The notes beneath the pieces were generated by a model. The model made no database searches, was not told the DNA's origin, and saw only the letters and a program-made list of their open reading frames with translations. The translations under genes were made by a program, and so were the position numbers. From Myxococcota bacterium (GTDB taxonomy: Bacteria; Myxococcota; Myxococcia; Myxococcales; Myxococcaceae): 44,243 nucleotides of DNA. Each line of letters starts with the position of its first letter. Position 1 is the stretch's first letter. Positions 26,939 through 36,289 of this stretch are shown here, in pieces. The stretch spans positions 1-44,243 of the forward strand of contig JBMORE010000194.1 of the NCBI GenBank assembly GCA_049322255.1, given 5' to 3'.

Positions 26939-28282
26939 TTGCGCCGACCGGTCCGCGACGAACTTCCGCTGCTCTCCGCTCGCCGCGAGCCGTTGCAGCG
27001 CTTGGTGAAGACCGCCGAGGAGCAATCGGGCCAGGTTTCCATTCACTTCAAAATCCTCGCCGGCTACGTGGTTTTGGGCGTGGCGCTGGGGTTGGTGTTC
27101 TTCTTCACCGAAAACCAGTGGTCGTGGCCTTCACGTGCCTTGGCGGCCTTGGGGGTGACGTTGGTGTTGGCGATTTTGCTGCCCTCTTGGCTGGCGCGGG
27201 TGACGAGGGTGCGCGTCTTGTCTCGCTCGGCGCTGGAGATTTCGCGCGGTGACCTCTCCAAGCCGGTGACGATGGAGACCTCCGGGTTTCGCGACGACAT
27301 CGACGAGCTATCCACCGCCATCAGCAACATGCAGGAGAACTTGCGCGAGCTGGTGGGCCACATTCAGCGCACCGCGCAGTCGGTGGCCGATTCGGCGGGG
27401 GAGCTGCAACGCAGCGCCGAAGGGGTGAACGCCTCCACCGAGGAGGTCGGGCTGTCGATGAAGAAGATTGCCACCGGCGCCGAGTCGCAGTCCGACTTGG
27501 TGGGCCAGGCCTCCAAGGTCATCACCGAGATGGCGCAATCGATTCAGCGCACCGCGCTCTCCGCCGAAGATTCGGCCCGCGCCGCCGCCGAGACCTCGGG
27601 CGCCGCCGAGGCGGGCTCGAAGGTCGCCTTGCTCGCCGGCGAGAAGGTGAAGAAGGTCTTCTCTCGCATCGAAACCGCGAGCAAAGAGGTCTTCGCCTTC
27701 GGGGAGAAGACGCAGGAAATCTCCAAGATCGTCGACGTCATCACCCAGGTGGCGCAGCAGACCAACCTGCTCGCGCTCAACGCCACCATCGAGGCGGCGC
27801 GCGCGGGCGAGTACGGGCGCGGCTTCGCGGTGGTGGCCGACGAGGTGCGCAAGCTCGCCGAGAGCGCCGGCCGCAGCGCCGAGCAGATCAGCAAGCTGGC
27901 GCGCGACATCTCCGGGCAGTCGGCGGCGGTGGTGACGGCGATGCGCGAAGGCATCGAGGAGCTGGCCGAAGGCCGTGCCGACCTGACCAGCATCGTCAAG
28001 TCGATGAGCTCGATCACCGACACCGCACATAAGGGCGCCGAGAAGGTGCACCTCATCTCCGAGAGCTCGCGCGATCAGAAGAAGGGCTCGGAGGCGATGG
28101 TGGAGGCGATCGAGGAGATCAGCCAGGTGGCCAAGGCCAACGCCCGCTCTACCGAGGAAATCAAGCAGGTCATCGAGGAGCAGACCCAGGCGGTCTCGCG
28201 CATGACCTCGGCGGCGCAGGAGCTGACCAACCTCTCGGTGGAATTGCAAAGCGTGGTGCGGCGCTTCCGCTTGGGAGGCTAA
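26939..28282 (+). CDS. difA: Methyl-accepting chemotaxis protein, DifA-like (no periplasmic domain); start may be GTG 27005
   Basis: Two TMs joined by a very short loop, HAMP domain, [34 protein letters not shown]. Confidence 0.88.
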   Translation: MRRPVRDELPLLSARREPLQRLVKTAEEQSGQVSIHFKILAGYVVLGVALGLVFFFTENQWSWPSRALAALGVTLVLAILLPSWLARVTRVRVLSRSALEISRGDLSKPVTMETSGFRDDIDELSTAISNMQENLRELVGHIQRTAQSVADSAGELQRSAEGVNASTEEVGLSMKKIATGAESQSDLVGQASKVITEMAQSIQRTALSAEDSARAAAETSGAAEAGSKVALLAGEKVKKVFSRIETASKEVFAFGEKTQEISKIVDVITQVAQQTNLLALNATIEAARAGEYGRGFAVVADEVRKLAESAGRSAEQISKLARDISGQSAAVVTAMREGIEELAEGRADLTSIVKSMSSITDTAHKGAEKVHLISESSRDQKKGSEAMVEAIEEISQVAKANARSTEEIKQVIEEQTQAVSRMTSAAQELTNLSVELQSVVRRFRLGG

Positions 28283-28283
28283 A

Positions 28284-28700
28284 GTGCGGCACGTCGTCTT
28301 CCGGCTGGAGAAGGAACGCTACGCCCTGCCGCTGGCGGCCATCCGCGAGGTGGTGGTGCCCCCTACACAGTGGACGCGGGTGCCTCGCGCGCCTCCCAGC
28401 GTGCGGGGGGTGATCAACCTGCGCGGGCGGGTGGTGACGGTGGTGGAGCTGCGCTCGCTTTTGGGGCTGGTCGACGGCGGCGAGGCCACCGCGAAAATCG
28501 TCCTCCTCGATCGGGGGCGGCGCGACCTGGGGCTTTTGGTCACCGAGGTGGACGGCATCGAGTCGATTGAACGGGTGGGGCCTCCTCCGGGCAAGCCCAG
28601 CCCCACGGTGCGAGGGGTCGCCCGCCTGAGGGGCTGGGCGGTGACCGTGCTCGACCCGGAGGCGGTGGACGCGTCGGTGGCGGCGGTTTTTGCACGATAG
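28284..28700 (+). CDS. difC: CheW-like coupling protein DifC
   Basis: YALPLAAIREV, TRVPRAP, GVINLRGRVVTVV. Confidence 0.88.
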   Translation: MRHVVFRLEKERYALPLAAIREVVVPPTQWTRVPRAPPSVRGVINLRGRVVTVVELRSLLGLVDGGEATAKIVLLDRGRRDLGLLVTEVDGIESIERVGPPPGKPSPTVRGVARLRGWAVTVLDPEAVDASVAAVFAR

Positions 28701-28775
28701 AAAACGTGGTGGCTGAACTACGCCACAGAAGTGCTAGTGTGGCGGCGGTCCAATCAGGGGAGGCGAGCGCTTCAC

Positions 28776-29144
28776 ATGGCTAAGCGAGTCCTCGTGGTCG
28801 ATGACGCGATTTTCATGCGCAACATGATCAAGGACATCTTTGCCTCCGGCGGCTTCGAGGTCGTGGGCGAGGCTGCCAATGGTCTGGAGGCGGTGGAGAA
28901 GTACAAGGAGCTCAAGCCCGACCTCACCACCATGGACATCGTGATGCCCTTCAAGAGCGGCATCGAGGCCACCCGGGAAATCATCAAGCACGACGGCGAG
29001 GCGGTGGTGGTGATGTGCTCGGCGCTGGGCCAGGAGTCGCTGGTGATGGAAGCGATCGAGGCCGGCGCCTCCGACTTCATCGTCAAGCCCTTCCGCGCCG
29101 AGGACGTGCTGGCGGTGGTGAAGAAGGTGCTCGGCGAGGGGTAG
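28776..29144 (+). CDS. difD: CheY-like response regulator DifD
   Basis: VLVVDDAIFMR, TMDIVMP, SALGQ, FIVKPF. Confidence 0.9.
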   Translation: MAKRVLVVDDAIFMRNMIKDIFASGGFEVVGEAANGLEAVEKYKELKPDLTTMDIVMPFKSGIEATREIIKHDGEAVVVMCSALGQESLVMEAIEAGASDFIVKPFRAEDVLAVVKKVLGEG

Positions 29145-29153
29145 CGCCCTTCT

Positions 29154-31124
29154 TTGTCCATCGACATGTCCAAATACCTCGGGCTGTTCGTGTCCGAGGC
29201 GACCGAGCACCTGGAGGCCCTGGGGCGCGACCTGGTGCAGCTCGAGCGGGAGAAGAGCGCCGAGGTCATCGACTCGATGTTCCGTCACGCCCACTCGGTC
29301 AAGGGCATGGCGGCCTCGATGGGCTTCGAGTCCACCGCCACCTTGGCGCACCGGGTGGAAGACCTGGTGGACGCGGTGCGCGGCGAGGCGAAGCTTTTGG
29401 ACCGGCCCCTGGTCGACCTGCTCCTTTCCGCCGTCGATGCCTTGCTCGCCCAAGTGCGCGCCGCCGCCGAGGGTCGGGCGCTGGAAGACGATGGCGCCTT
29501 GCGCCAGCTGCTCACCCAGAAAGTAGCGGAGCTCACCGGGCAGGCTCCCGAGCCCACCCGCGTCGCCGACGTCCGCCTGCCCCTGGCAGAGCTGGGCGCC
29601 CACGCCGGCCAAAGCTCGCCCCCCAGCCCGACGCCATCCACCTTGGGCCTGCCACCGCGCTTCGCCCTCAAGGTGCGCATCGCTCCTTCCTGCGCGGTGC
29701 CCGGGGTGCGGGCGTTTTTGGTGCACAAGCGGTTGGCCGGGTTGGGCAACGTGTTCGACTTGAAGCCCGCGCTGGAGGAGCTCAGGGCCGGGCGCATTCC
29801 CGAAGGGCTCATCTCGCTCGAGCTGGAGACCACCGCCAAAGAGGAGGGCATTGGCGCGGCGCTGAAGAACATCTCCGAGGTGGAGCTCGTCTCGGTGAAG
29901 CCGGTGAGCTACACGGCGCCCCCGCCCCCCGCTTCGTCTCCCGCAGCCGAGCCCTCGAAAGTCGTCGGCCACGAGACGGCGCGCACGGTGCGAGTGCGCA
30001 CCGAGCTGCTCGATTACTTCCTCGACACGGTGGGCGAGCTGCTCTTGGCCACCGCCCGCATTCGTGAGGTGGGCAAGTCGCACCAGCCGGGAGCGCTGGA
30101 GGAATCGGTCGACCGGCTGCACGGGCTGGTGAAGGACCTGCACGACAAGGTGATGAAGGCGCGCATGACGCCGTTGGCGGTCATCACCGACCGGCTGCCC
30201 CGCGCCGCCCGCGACATCGCTCGCCGGCGGGAGCGCGAGGTGGATTTGGTGGTGACCGGCGCGGAGATCGAGCTCGATCGCGCCATCATCGACGACTTGG
30301 CCGACCCCATGCTCCACCTTTTGCGCAACTGCATCGACCACGGCATCGAGTCGCCGGACGAGCGCCAGGCGGCGCAGAAGGGGCCGCGGGGCCGGGTGCT
30401 GGTCTCGGTGCGGCGGGTGCGCGACCGGGTGCAGGTGGAAATCGAAGACGACGGGCGCGGGATGGACGCCGAGCGGCTCAAGGCCTCCGCGGTGGCGCGG
30501 GGGCTCATCACCTCCGAGGTCGCCGCCCGCATGAGCGACCGCGAGGCCTACCTCCTGTGCTGTCTGCCCGGGGTGTCCACGGCGCGCGACGTGTCCGAAA
30601 TCTCCGGACGTGGGGTGGGCATGGACGCGGTCAAGCGCGCGGTGGAGAACGTGGGCGGGACCTTGGAGATCGAGTCGGAGAAGGGGCGCGGTACCCGCTT
30701 CATCTTGCGTTTGCCGCTCACGGTGGCGGTGGTGAACCTTTTGCTCGTCGATGTCGGCGAGGAGGTGGTCGGCCTGCCCATCGCCAAGGTGCTGGGAGTG
30801 GTGGAGGCCGAGCCCGACGCGCTTTCCCAGAGCCAAAAGACATGGATGCTCCCCTACGGCACCGCGCTGCTCCCCGTTTTCTCGCTGGCGCAGCTGCTCT
30901 CCATGCCCGCCCCCGCGCGCATCGGGCTTAGGCCCTACGTGGTGATGGAGGGCGAGACCGGCAAGGTCGCCTTGGCGGTCGACCGCCTGCGCGGACAAGA
31001 AGAGGTGGTCTTGAAAGCCCTCTCCCGGCCGTTGGATCTCATCCCTGGTCTGTCCGGGGTTACCATCCTGGGCTCGGGGCGCCCCATCTTCATTCTCGAC
31101 GTTCCCAGGCTCTTGGCGGCATGA
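29154..31124 (+). CDS. difE: CheA-like histidine kinase DifE
   Basis: HPt FRHAHSVKG, P2 region, HLLRNCIDHGIE, DDGRG, SGRGVGMD, C-terminal CheW domain. Confidence 0.92.
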   Translation: MSIDMSKYLGLFVSEATEHLEALGRDLVQLEREKSAEVIDSMFRHAHSVKGMAASMGFESTATLAHRVEDLVDAVRGEAKLLDRPLVDLLLSAVDALLAQVRAAAEGRALEDDGALRQLLTQKVAELTGQAPEPTRVADVRLPLAELGAHAGQSSPPSPTPSTLGLPPRFALKVRIAPSCAVPGVRAFLVHKRLAGLGNVFDLKPALEELRAGRIPEGLISLELETTAKEEGIGAALKNISEVELVSVKPVSYTAPPPPASSPAAEPSKVVGHETARTVRVRTELLDYFLDTVGELLLATARIREVGKSHQPGALEESVDRLHGLVKDLHDKVMKARMTPLAVITDRLPRAARDIARRREREVDLVVTGAEIELDRAIIDDLADPMLHLLRNCIDHGIESPDERQAAQKGPRGRVLVSVRRVRDRVQVEIEDDGRGMDAERLKASAVARGLITSEVAARMSDREAYLLCCLPGVSTARDVSEISGRGVGMDAVKRAVENVGGTLEIESEKGRGTRFILRLPLTVAVVNLLLVDVGEEVVGLPIAKVLGVVEAEPDALSQSQKTWMLPYGTALLPVFSLAQLLSMPAPARIGLRPYVVMEGETGKVALAVDRLRGQEEVVLKALSRPLDLIPGLSGVTILGSGRPIFILDVPRLLAA

Positions 31125-31735
31125 CGCAGGACACTCCCAGCGAGCTTCAGCTCGACGCTTTGCGCGAGGTGGCCAACGTGGGTTGCGGGCACGCGGCCAA
31201 CGCGCTCTCGCAACTGGTGGGGGGCCGGGTGGTGCGCATCGACGTGCCCCACGTGTCACTGGTGAACGCCGCGCAGATGGCCACGCTGGTAGGCGGCGCC
31301 GATGCCGAGGTGGTGGCCGCGCTCTTGACGCTGCAAGGAGAGCTCGGGGGGTGCATTCTCCTGGTGCTGCCCGCCCCCGGTGCGCGGGCGCTGGCGGCGC
31401 TGTTGGTGGACGACCCACCTCCCCCCGGCGGCGAGCTCTCCGAGCTGGAGAAGAGCGCGTTGGGAGAAGCGGCGAACATCGTCGCCTCGGCGTGTCTGTC
31501 GGCCATCGGCAACCTCGCGCAGCTCAAGTTGTTGCCCTCCCCGCCGACCCTGGTGCACGACCAGGCCGAAGGCATGCTCCGGCAGGCGCTCGCCACCACC
31601 CGCGCGCCCCAAGGCCTCTTGTTGGTGCTGGAGGCGCGTTTTCAGGCCGTGGGCATGCCCGAGCTGACAGGGCAGCTCTTGGTGCTGCCCGACCGGGCCA
31701 GCCTGGCCAAGCTCTTGACCTCCCTGGGCGTCTAG
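31121..31735 (+). CDS. difG: CheC-like phosphatase DifG
   Basis: DALREVANVG and SALGEAANI (D/S-xxx-E-xx-N motifs). Confidence 0.88.
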   Translation: MTQDTPSELQLDALREVANVGCGHAANALSQLVGGRVVRIDVPHVSLVNAAQMATLVGGADAEVVAALLTLQGELGGCILLVLPAPGARALAALLVDDPPPPGGELSELEKSALGEAANIVASACLSAIGNLAQLKLLPSPPTLVHDQAEGMLRQALATTRAPQGLLLVLEARFQAVGMPELTGQLLVLPDRASLAKLLTSLGV

Positions 31736-31739
31736 ACTC

Positions 31740-32492
31740 ATGGACGAGCGGTCGCTCACCAAGCTCCTCAAGGACGTGAAGAAGGGCCAAGTGACGGTGG
31801 AAAAGGCCGTGCGCTCGCTCAAAGATTTGCCCTTCGCCGAGCTGGGCTACGCCACCCTCGACACCCACCGCGCCCTGCGCTTCGGAGTGCCCGAGGTGGT
31901 GCTGGGGGAGCCGAAGACGACCGAGCAATGCCTGGGCATCGTCGAGGCGCTCCTGTCGCGCAAGCAGGCGGTGCTGGTCACCCGGCTGCAGCCGGAGAAG
32001 GGGGAAGCGCTCGTCGCCCGCTTTCCGCAAGGCACCTACCATTCGGTGGCGCGGCTGTTCATCCTCAAGCAAGGCAAGCCGCGTGCGGGGGTGGTGGCGG
32101 TGGTCACCGGCGGTACCAGCGACTTGCCGGTGGCGGAGGAGGCAGCGCTCACCGCCGAGGCAATGGGCGCCACCGTGCGGCGTGTCTACGACGTGGGGGT
32201 GGCCGGCATTCACCGGCTGCTCCGCCGCCGCGCCGAGCTGCAAGACACCCACGCGGTGGTGGTGGTGGCAGGCATGGAGGGCGCTCTCGCCTCGGCCACT
32301 GGCGGGTTGGTGGGCGTTCCGGTGGTGGCGGTACCCACCTCGGTGGGCTACGGGGCCAACTTTCAGGGGCTGTCGGCGCTCTTGGCGATGCTCAGCTCGT
32401 GTGCCTCCAACGTGGCCACGGTGAACATCGACAACGGCTTCGGGGCGGGCTACTTCGCGGCGCTCGTCTCCCGCACCCGGGGGCGTCGATGA
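31740..32492 (+). CDS. larB: Nickel-pincer cofactor biosynthesis protein LarB (CpmA/PurE-like)
   Basis: DTHRALRFGVPEV, GTSDLPVAEEA, DVGVAGIHR, AGMEGAL, PTSVGYG, VNIDNGFGA. Confidence 0.93.
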   Translation: MDERSLTKLLKDVKKGQVTVEKAVRSLKDLPFAELGYATLDTHRALRFGVPEVVLGEPKTTEQCLGIVEALLSRKQAVLVTRLQPEKGEALVARFPQGTYHSVARLFILKQGKPRAGVVAVVTGGTSDLPVAEEAALTAEAMGATVRRVYDVGVAGIHRLLRRRAELQDTHAVVVVAGMEGALASATGGLVGVPVVAVPTSVGYGANFQGLSALLAMLSSCASNVATVNIDNGFGAGYFAALVSRTRGRR

Positions 32493-33661
32493 GCCGGGTG
32501 CTCTACCTCGAGCCGGTAGGAGGCATCGCCGGGGACATGTTCCTCGCCGCGGCCATCGACTTGGGGCTTGCGCGCGAGGAGCTGACCGCTGCGCTCGCGG
32601 GCTTGAAGCTCCCCGGTTGGCGTTTGGACATCGGCCGTGCCGAGCGCCACGCCATCGCCGGCACCCACCTGAACGTGGTGGTGGACGGTGCACCAAACGC
32701 GCATCCGCACCGCACGCTCTTCGACATCGAGGCGATGATTCAGGCCGCCGACACGCTTTCGCCCAAGGCGAAGGAGCGTGCGCTCCGTGTCTTTCGTGTC
32801 ATCGGCGAGGCGGAGGCGCGCATCCACGACGTGCCGGTGGAGAAGATTCACTTCCACGAGGTGGGGGCGGTCGACTCCATCGTCGACATCTGCGGGGCGG
32901 CGGTGGCACTCGAGCTATTGGGCGACCCCGAGGTGTACTCCGCTCCGCCGCCCTTGGGCAGCGGTACGGTGCAGGCCGCCCACGGTCATCTCCCCGCGCC
33001 GGCGCCGGCGACGCTGGAGATTCTCAAAGGGGTTCCGGTGCGCTTCGAAGGAGTGGGGGAGCTCACCACCCCTACCGGGGCGGCCCTGGTGAAGGCGCTG
33101 GCCAAGGTCGGGCCTCCGCCCGAGCTTTGCGTGGAGCGCATTGGCTACGGGGTAGGCACTCGGGACTTTCCCGACCGGCCCAACGTGCTGCGCGCCTCGC
33201 TGGGGCGGACAGCGCAGGGGGCCGACGAAGGCACGTTCGTCATCGAGGCCAACCTGGACGATTGCAGCCCGCAGCTCCTCGGGGCGCTTCTGGAGAAGCT
33301 GCTCACCCAAGGGGCGCACGATGCTTGGGTGCTGCCGGCGACGATGAAGAAGAGCCGCCCTGGACATCTCTTGGGGGCGGTGGTGCCAGGTGGGCGGCGC
33401 GCCGCGGTGGAGGAGACGCTCTTGTCCGAGTCGACCACCCTGGGGGTGCGCGGCCACCGGGTGGAGCGCACCGTCCTCGCTCGTCGCTTCGAGGAGGTGG
33501 ACACCCGCTTCGGCAAGGTACACATCAAGCTGGCGCTCCTGGGCGAGCGGGTGGTGAATGCCCAGCCGGAATTCGAAGACTGCCGCGTCCGCGCCGAAGC
33601 GGCGAAGGTGCCCTTGAAGCAGGTGATGGCCGAGGCGCTGGCGGCGTATTGGCATCGGTGA
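32489..33661 (+). CDS. larC: Nickel-pincer cofactor nickel insertase LarC (single ORF)
   Basis: GIAGDM, HFHEVGAVDSIVDI, ELTTPTGAA, EANLDD, MKKSRPG, PEFEDC. Confidence 0.93.
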   Translation: MSRVLYLEPVGGIAGDMFLAAAIDLGLAREELTAALAGLKLPGWRLDIGRAERHAIAGTHLNVVVDGAPNAHPHRTLFDIEAMIQAADTLSPKAKERALRVFRVIGEAEARIHDVPVEKIHFHEVGAVDSIVDICGAAVALELLGDPEVYSAPPPLGSGTVQAAHGHLPAPAPATLEILKGVPVRFEGVGELTTPTGAALVKALAKVGPPPELCVERIGYGVGTRDFPDRPNVLRASLGRTAQGADEGTFVIEANLDDCSPQLLGALLEKLLTQGAHDAWVLPATMKKSRPGHLLGAVVPGGRRAAVEETLLSESTTLGVRGHRVERTVLARRFEEVDTRFGKVHIKLALLGERVVNAQPEFEDCRVRAEAAKVPLKQVMAEALAAYWHR

Positions 33662-33702
33662 GGGGCTCCCTAATCGGCCACGCGCCGCCTATAGTTTCTC
33701 CA

Positions 33703-34317
33703 ATGCTCACAGAAGCCCTCTCCACTCATCGGGATGCTCCGGCTGGAGACCCCATCGTGCTGCTCCGCGGCGCGACGTGGGCGGACTACCAGCGCCTTCT
33801 CGAGCTGCGGGGCGAACGTCGGGCGCCACGGCTCGCCTACCTGGAGGGGGTGCTGGAGCTCATGAGCCCATCGCAAGAACACGAGCAACTGAAGTCCTGG
33901 ATTGGCCGGCTGGTCGAAGTCTGGTGTCTGGAGCAGGGAGTGGAGTTCGCCTCCTATGGCTCGTGGACGCTGGAGAGCAAGGAGACAGAACGCGGGGTGG
34001 AGCCCGACGAGTGTTACGTTTTCGGAAACGTGAGCGACCGGCAGCGCCCCGATCTGGCCATCGAGGTCATCTGGACTTCGGGCGGGCTCGACAAAAGAGA
34101 CATTTACCGGAAGCTGGGTGTGCGCGAGCTGTGGACCTGGCGACGAGGGCGCTTCACCCTCTGGGCGCTCCGCGGCGATAGCTATCAAGAGGTCCCCCGC
34201 AGCGAGGTGCTGCCGGGCATCGACCTCGACGAGCTCACTCAGTTCCTCGACCGTCCCACCACGAGCCAAGCCATTCGCGACTACCGTGCGGCGCTCCAAG
34301 GCCGGCGTGGGCAGTAG
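33703..34317 (+). CDS. Uma2/DUF820-family putative restriction endonuclease-like protein
   Basis: TWADY, RLAYLEGVLELMSP..EHE, EPDECY, PDLAIEV, YRKLGVRELW. Confidence 0.88.
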   Translation: MLTEALSTHRDAPAGDPIVLLRGATWADYQRLLELRGERRAPRLAYLEGVLELMSPSQEHEQLKSWIGRLVEVWCLEQGVEFASYGSWTLESKETERGVEPDECYVFGNVSDRQRPDLAIEVIWTSGGLDKRDIYRKLGVRELWTWRRGRFTLWALRGDSYQEVPRSEVLPGIDLDELTQFLDRPTTSQAIRDYRAALQGRRGQ

Positions 34318-34334
34318 GCGAGACGCGCAAAAGG

Positions 34335-34741
34335 TCAAGTGGCGGCATCGACCCAAGGTGCGGGTGCTCCGGGCTCCACCTTGCCCACGAGCAGTTGGTG
34401 GGGTGCGAAGTTTCCCTTGTAGCGAAGCGAGGGACAGCCCTCGACCCGGTAGCCCAGGTACACGTGCTGTTTGTTCCACTGACGGGCCAGCTCCAAGCAG
34501 AGCATCACGTTGCCCACCCCGGGCGAGAGACGGGCGATGGAGGGCGCATAAAAGAAGTACACCGCGGAGAGTGCGTGGGGGGTCACATCGAAAAGGCTCA
34601 CCGCCACCAGCCGCGCTCGAGCATCGCTTCCAGCTCTTTTACGCTCACCTCCACCAACACTCGGTACTCCAGCGAGGCCTGGCGGTCGGCCAGGTAGCTG
34701 CACGGCCGCAGCGACTCCACGAAGCGGGTCACCTCGCGCAT
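34335..34741 (-). pseudogene. ate: Arginyl/leucyl-tRNA-protein transferase (Ate/Bpt) pseudogene with an internal deletion and frameshift
   Basis: N-terminal part MREVTRFVESLRPCSYLADR...LERGW (34741-34607) joins out of frame to the C-terminal part RLVAVSLFD...SAVYFFY...YLGY...YK (34613-34335). Confidence 0.85.
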
Positions 34742-34811
34742 GGGATTAGTCTAGGCCCAGCCACTCTGAGTTGCCGACAGGACGCGGAGGGCCTAAGTAG
34801 CCGCCACCCCC

Positions 34812-35789
34812 ATGCAGACTGTCGGCAGCCCAGGGCTGTGGATTGGCTTCACCCTCTTCGTGCTGGCCATGTTGGCCCTCGACCTGGGGGTCTTCCACCG
34901 CTCCGCTCACAAGGTGAGCTTCCGGGAGGCCGCCATCTGGAGCGCGGTGTGGATCTTCCTCTCCCTCGTCTTCGGGGCAGGGGTGTACTGGAAGTTCGGC
35001 CCGGCGATGGGGCTGCAGTACCTGACCGGCTACGTCATCGAGAAGGCGCTCTCGGTGGACAACATCTTCGTCATTCTGGTCATCATGGCCTTCTTCGCCG
35101 TGCCGGCGAGGTTTCAGCACAAGGTGCTCTTCTGGGGCATCTTGGGAGCGCTGGTGATGCGCGCCGCCTTCATCTTCGCCGGCGCGGCGCTGCTGCAGCG
35201 CTTTCACTGGGTGATGTACGTCTTCGGGGCGGTGTTGGTCGTCACCGCCGTCCGCCTGCTCTTGCAGAACGAAGAAGAGGTGGCGCCGGACAAGAACCCC
35301 ATCGTCAAGCTGGTGAAGCGATGGGTGCCGATGGTGGACGAATACCGCGACGGCCGTTTCTTTGTGGTGGAGAACGGCAAGCGCCTGGCTACCCCGCTCT
35401 TTTTGGTGCTGGTGACGGTCGAGGCCACCGACGTGGTGTTCGCGGTCGACTCGATTCCCGCCATCTTCGCCATCTCGCAAGACCCGTTCATCGTCTACAC
35501 CTCGAACATCTTCGCCATCCTGGGGTTGCGTTCGCTCTTCTTCCTCCTCGCCGGGGTGATGGGGAAGTTTCACCTCCTCAAGTACGGGCTGGCAGCGGTG
35601 CTGCTTTTCGTGGGGGTGAAGATGTTGATTGTCGACTGGCTCAAGGTGCCCATCGGGGTTTCCTTGGTGGTCGTGGCCACCCTCATCGGCGGGGCGGTGG
35701 CGGCCTCGCTGGCGTGGCCACCGGCAAGCAAGCCACAGGCCGCCAAGCCTCCCCCCGAGCAGGCGAAGACGGGGACGGGAGAACGCTAA
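34812..35789 (+). CDS. terC: TerC/Alx-family membrane protein
   Basis: LALDLG, EKALSVDNIFV, DVVFAVDSIPA, SNIFAILGLRSL. Confidence 0.92.
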   Translation: MQTVGSPGLWIGFTLFVLAMLALDLGVFHRSAHKVSFREAAIWSAVWIFLSLVFGAGVYWKFGPAMGLQYLTGYVIEKALSVDNIFVILVIMAFFAVPARFQHKVLFWGILGALVMRAAFIFAGAALLQRFHWVMYVFGAVLVVTAVRLLLQNEEEVAPDKNPIVKLVKRWVPMVDEYRDGRFFVVENGKRLATPLFLVLVTVEATDVVFAVDSIPAIFAISQDPFIVYTSNIFAILGLRSLFFLLAGVMGKFHLLKYGLAAVLLFVGVKMLIVDWLKVPIGVSLVVVATLIGGAVAASLAWPPASKPQAAKPPPEQAKTGTGER

Positions 35790-35856
35790 GAACGACGAAG
35801 CACGCAATGGGTCGATGGCCCGTTCGTTCACCAGGTTGCTCGAGGAGGTCTCTTCG

Positions 35857-36225
35857 ATGAACGACAAGCAGTGGGAAGCCCAGCTCAAAACCTTCTTCGA
35901 CAAGGCGGGTCGCGAGCTTCGCCGCATGGGGAAGGACATTCAGGTCGAGGCCGAGCGGTTGCTCGACGAAATGAAGGACCCGGCACGGCAAGAGAAGGTG
36001 AAGGAAGGCCTGCGCGAGGTCGGCACCTGGGCGAAGAAGACTGCTGAAGAGGTCGCCGCCCTGGTGGAGCAGGGCGTGAAAAAGGCCGAGCACGCCTTTC
36101 GCCGCGCGGCCACTCCGGGCGCCCCGCCCAAGCAGGCCGCCAAGTCGACGGGTGGCAAGCGGCGCAAGGCGGCCCGCCCCGCCGCAGCGGCGAAGAAGAC
36201 CATCGGGCGCAGGCGGCCCGAGTAG
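35857..36225 (+). CDS. Hypothetical coiled-coil protein with Lys/Ala/Arg-rich tail
   Basis: GAGGAGG RBS, helical N-terminus, basic C-terminal tail. Confidence 0.75.
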   Translation: MNDKQWEAQLKTFFDKAGRELRRMGKDIQVEAERLLDEMKDPARQEKVKEGLREVGTWAKKTAEEVAALVEQGVKKAEHAFRRAATPGAPPKQAAKSTGGKRRKAARPAAAAKKTIGRRRPE

Positions 36226-36289
36226 AGAATTCAATTACGTAAAAACGGGCTGTTGGAGGCGCTTGCGCGCCATGCCATATTCCGCCTCC

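Noticed and set aside
28728..28738. CIRCE-like half site (AAGTGCTAG) before difD
   Set aside because: No matching left arm at 9-nt spacing; better read as a possible extended -10.
28734..31418. 894-aa minus-strand ORF (also 23512-25419, 1841-3124, 37464-38528 and similar)
   Set aside because: Antisense shadows of well-supported genes in high-GC DNA; no recognisable motifs.
32489..33661. Programmed frameshift in larC
   Set aside because: Both LarC halves are in one continuous frame here.
33703..34317. Uma2 gene as a defence island or mobile element
   Set aside because: Solitary gene of a commonly expanded family, with no methylase, integrase or terminal repeats nearby.
34598..34613. Programmed frameshift producing functional Ate
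   Set aside because: Even if the frames were joined, about 100 central residues are missing and there is no slippery sequence.
34742..34811. yybP-ykoY Mn riboswitch before terC
   Set aside because: Only 70 nt, shared with a divergent promoter, and no recognisable motif.
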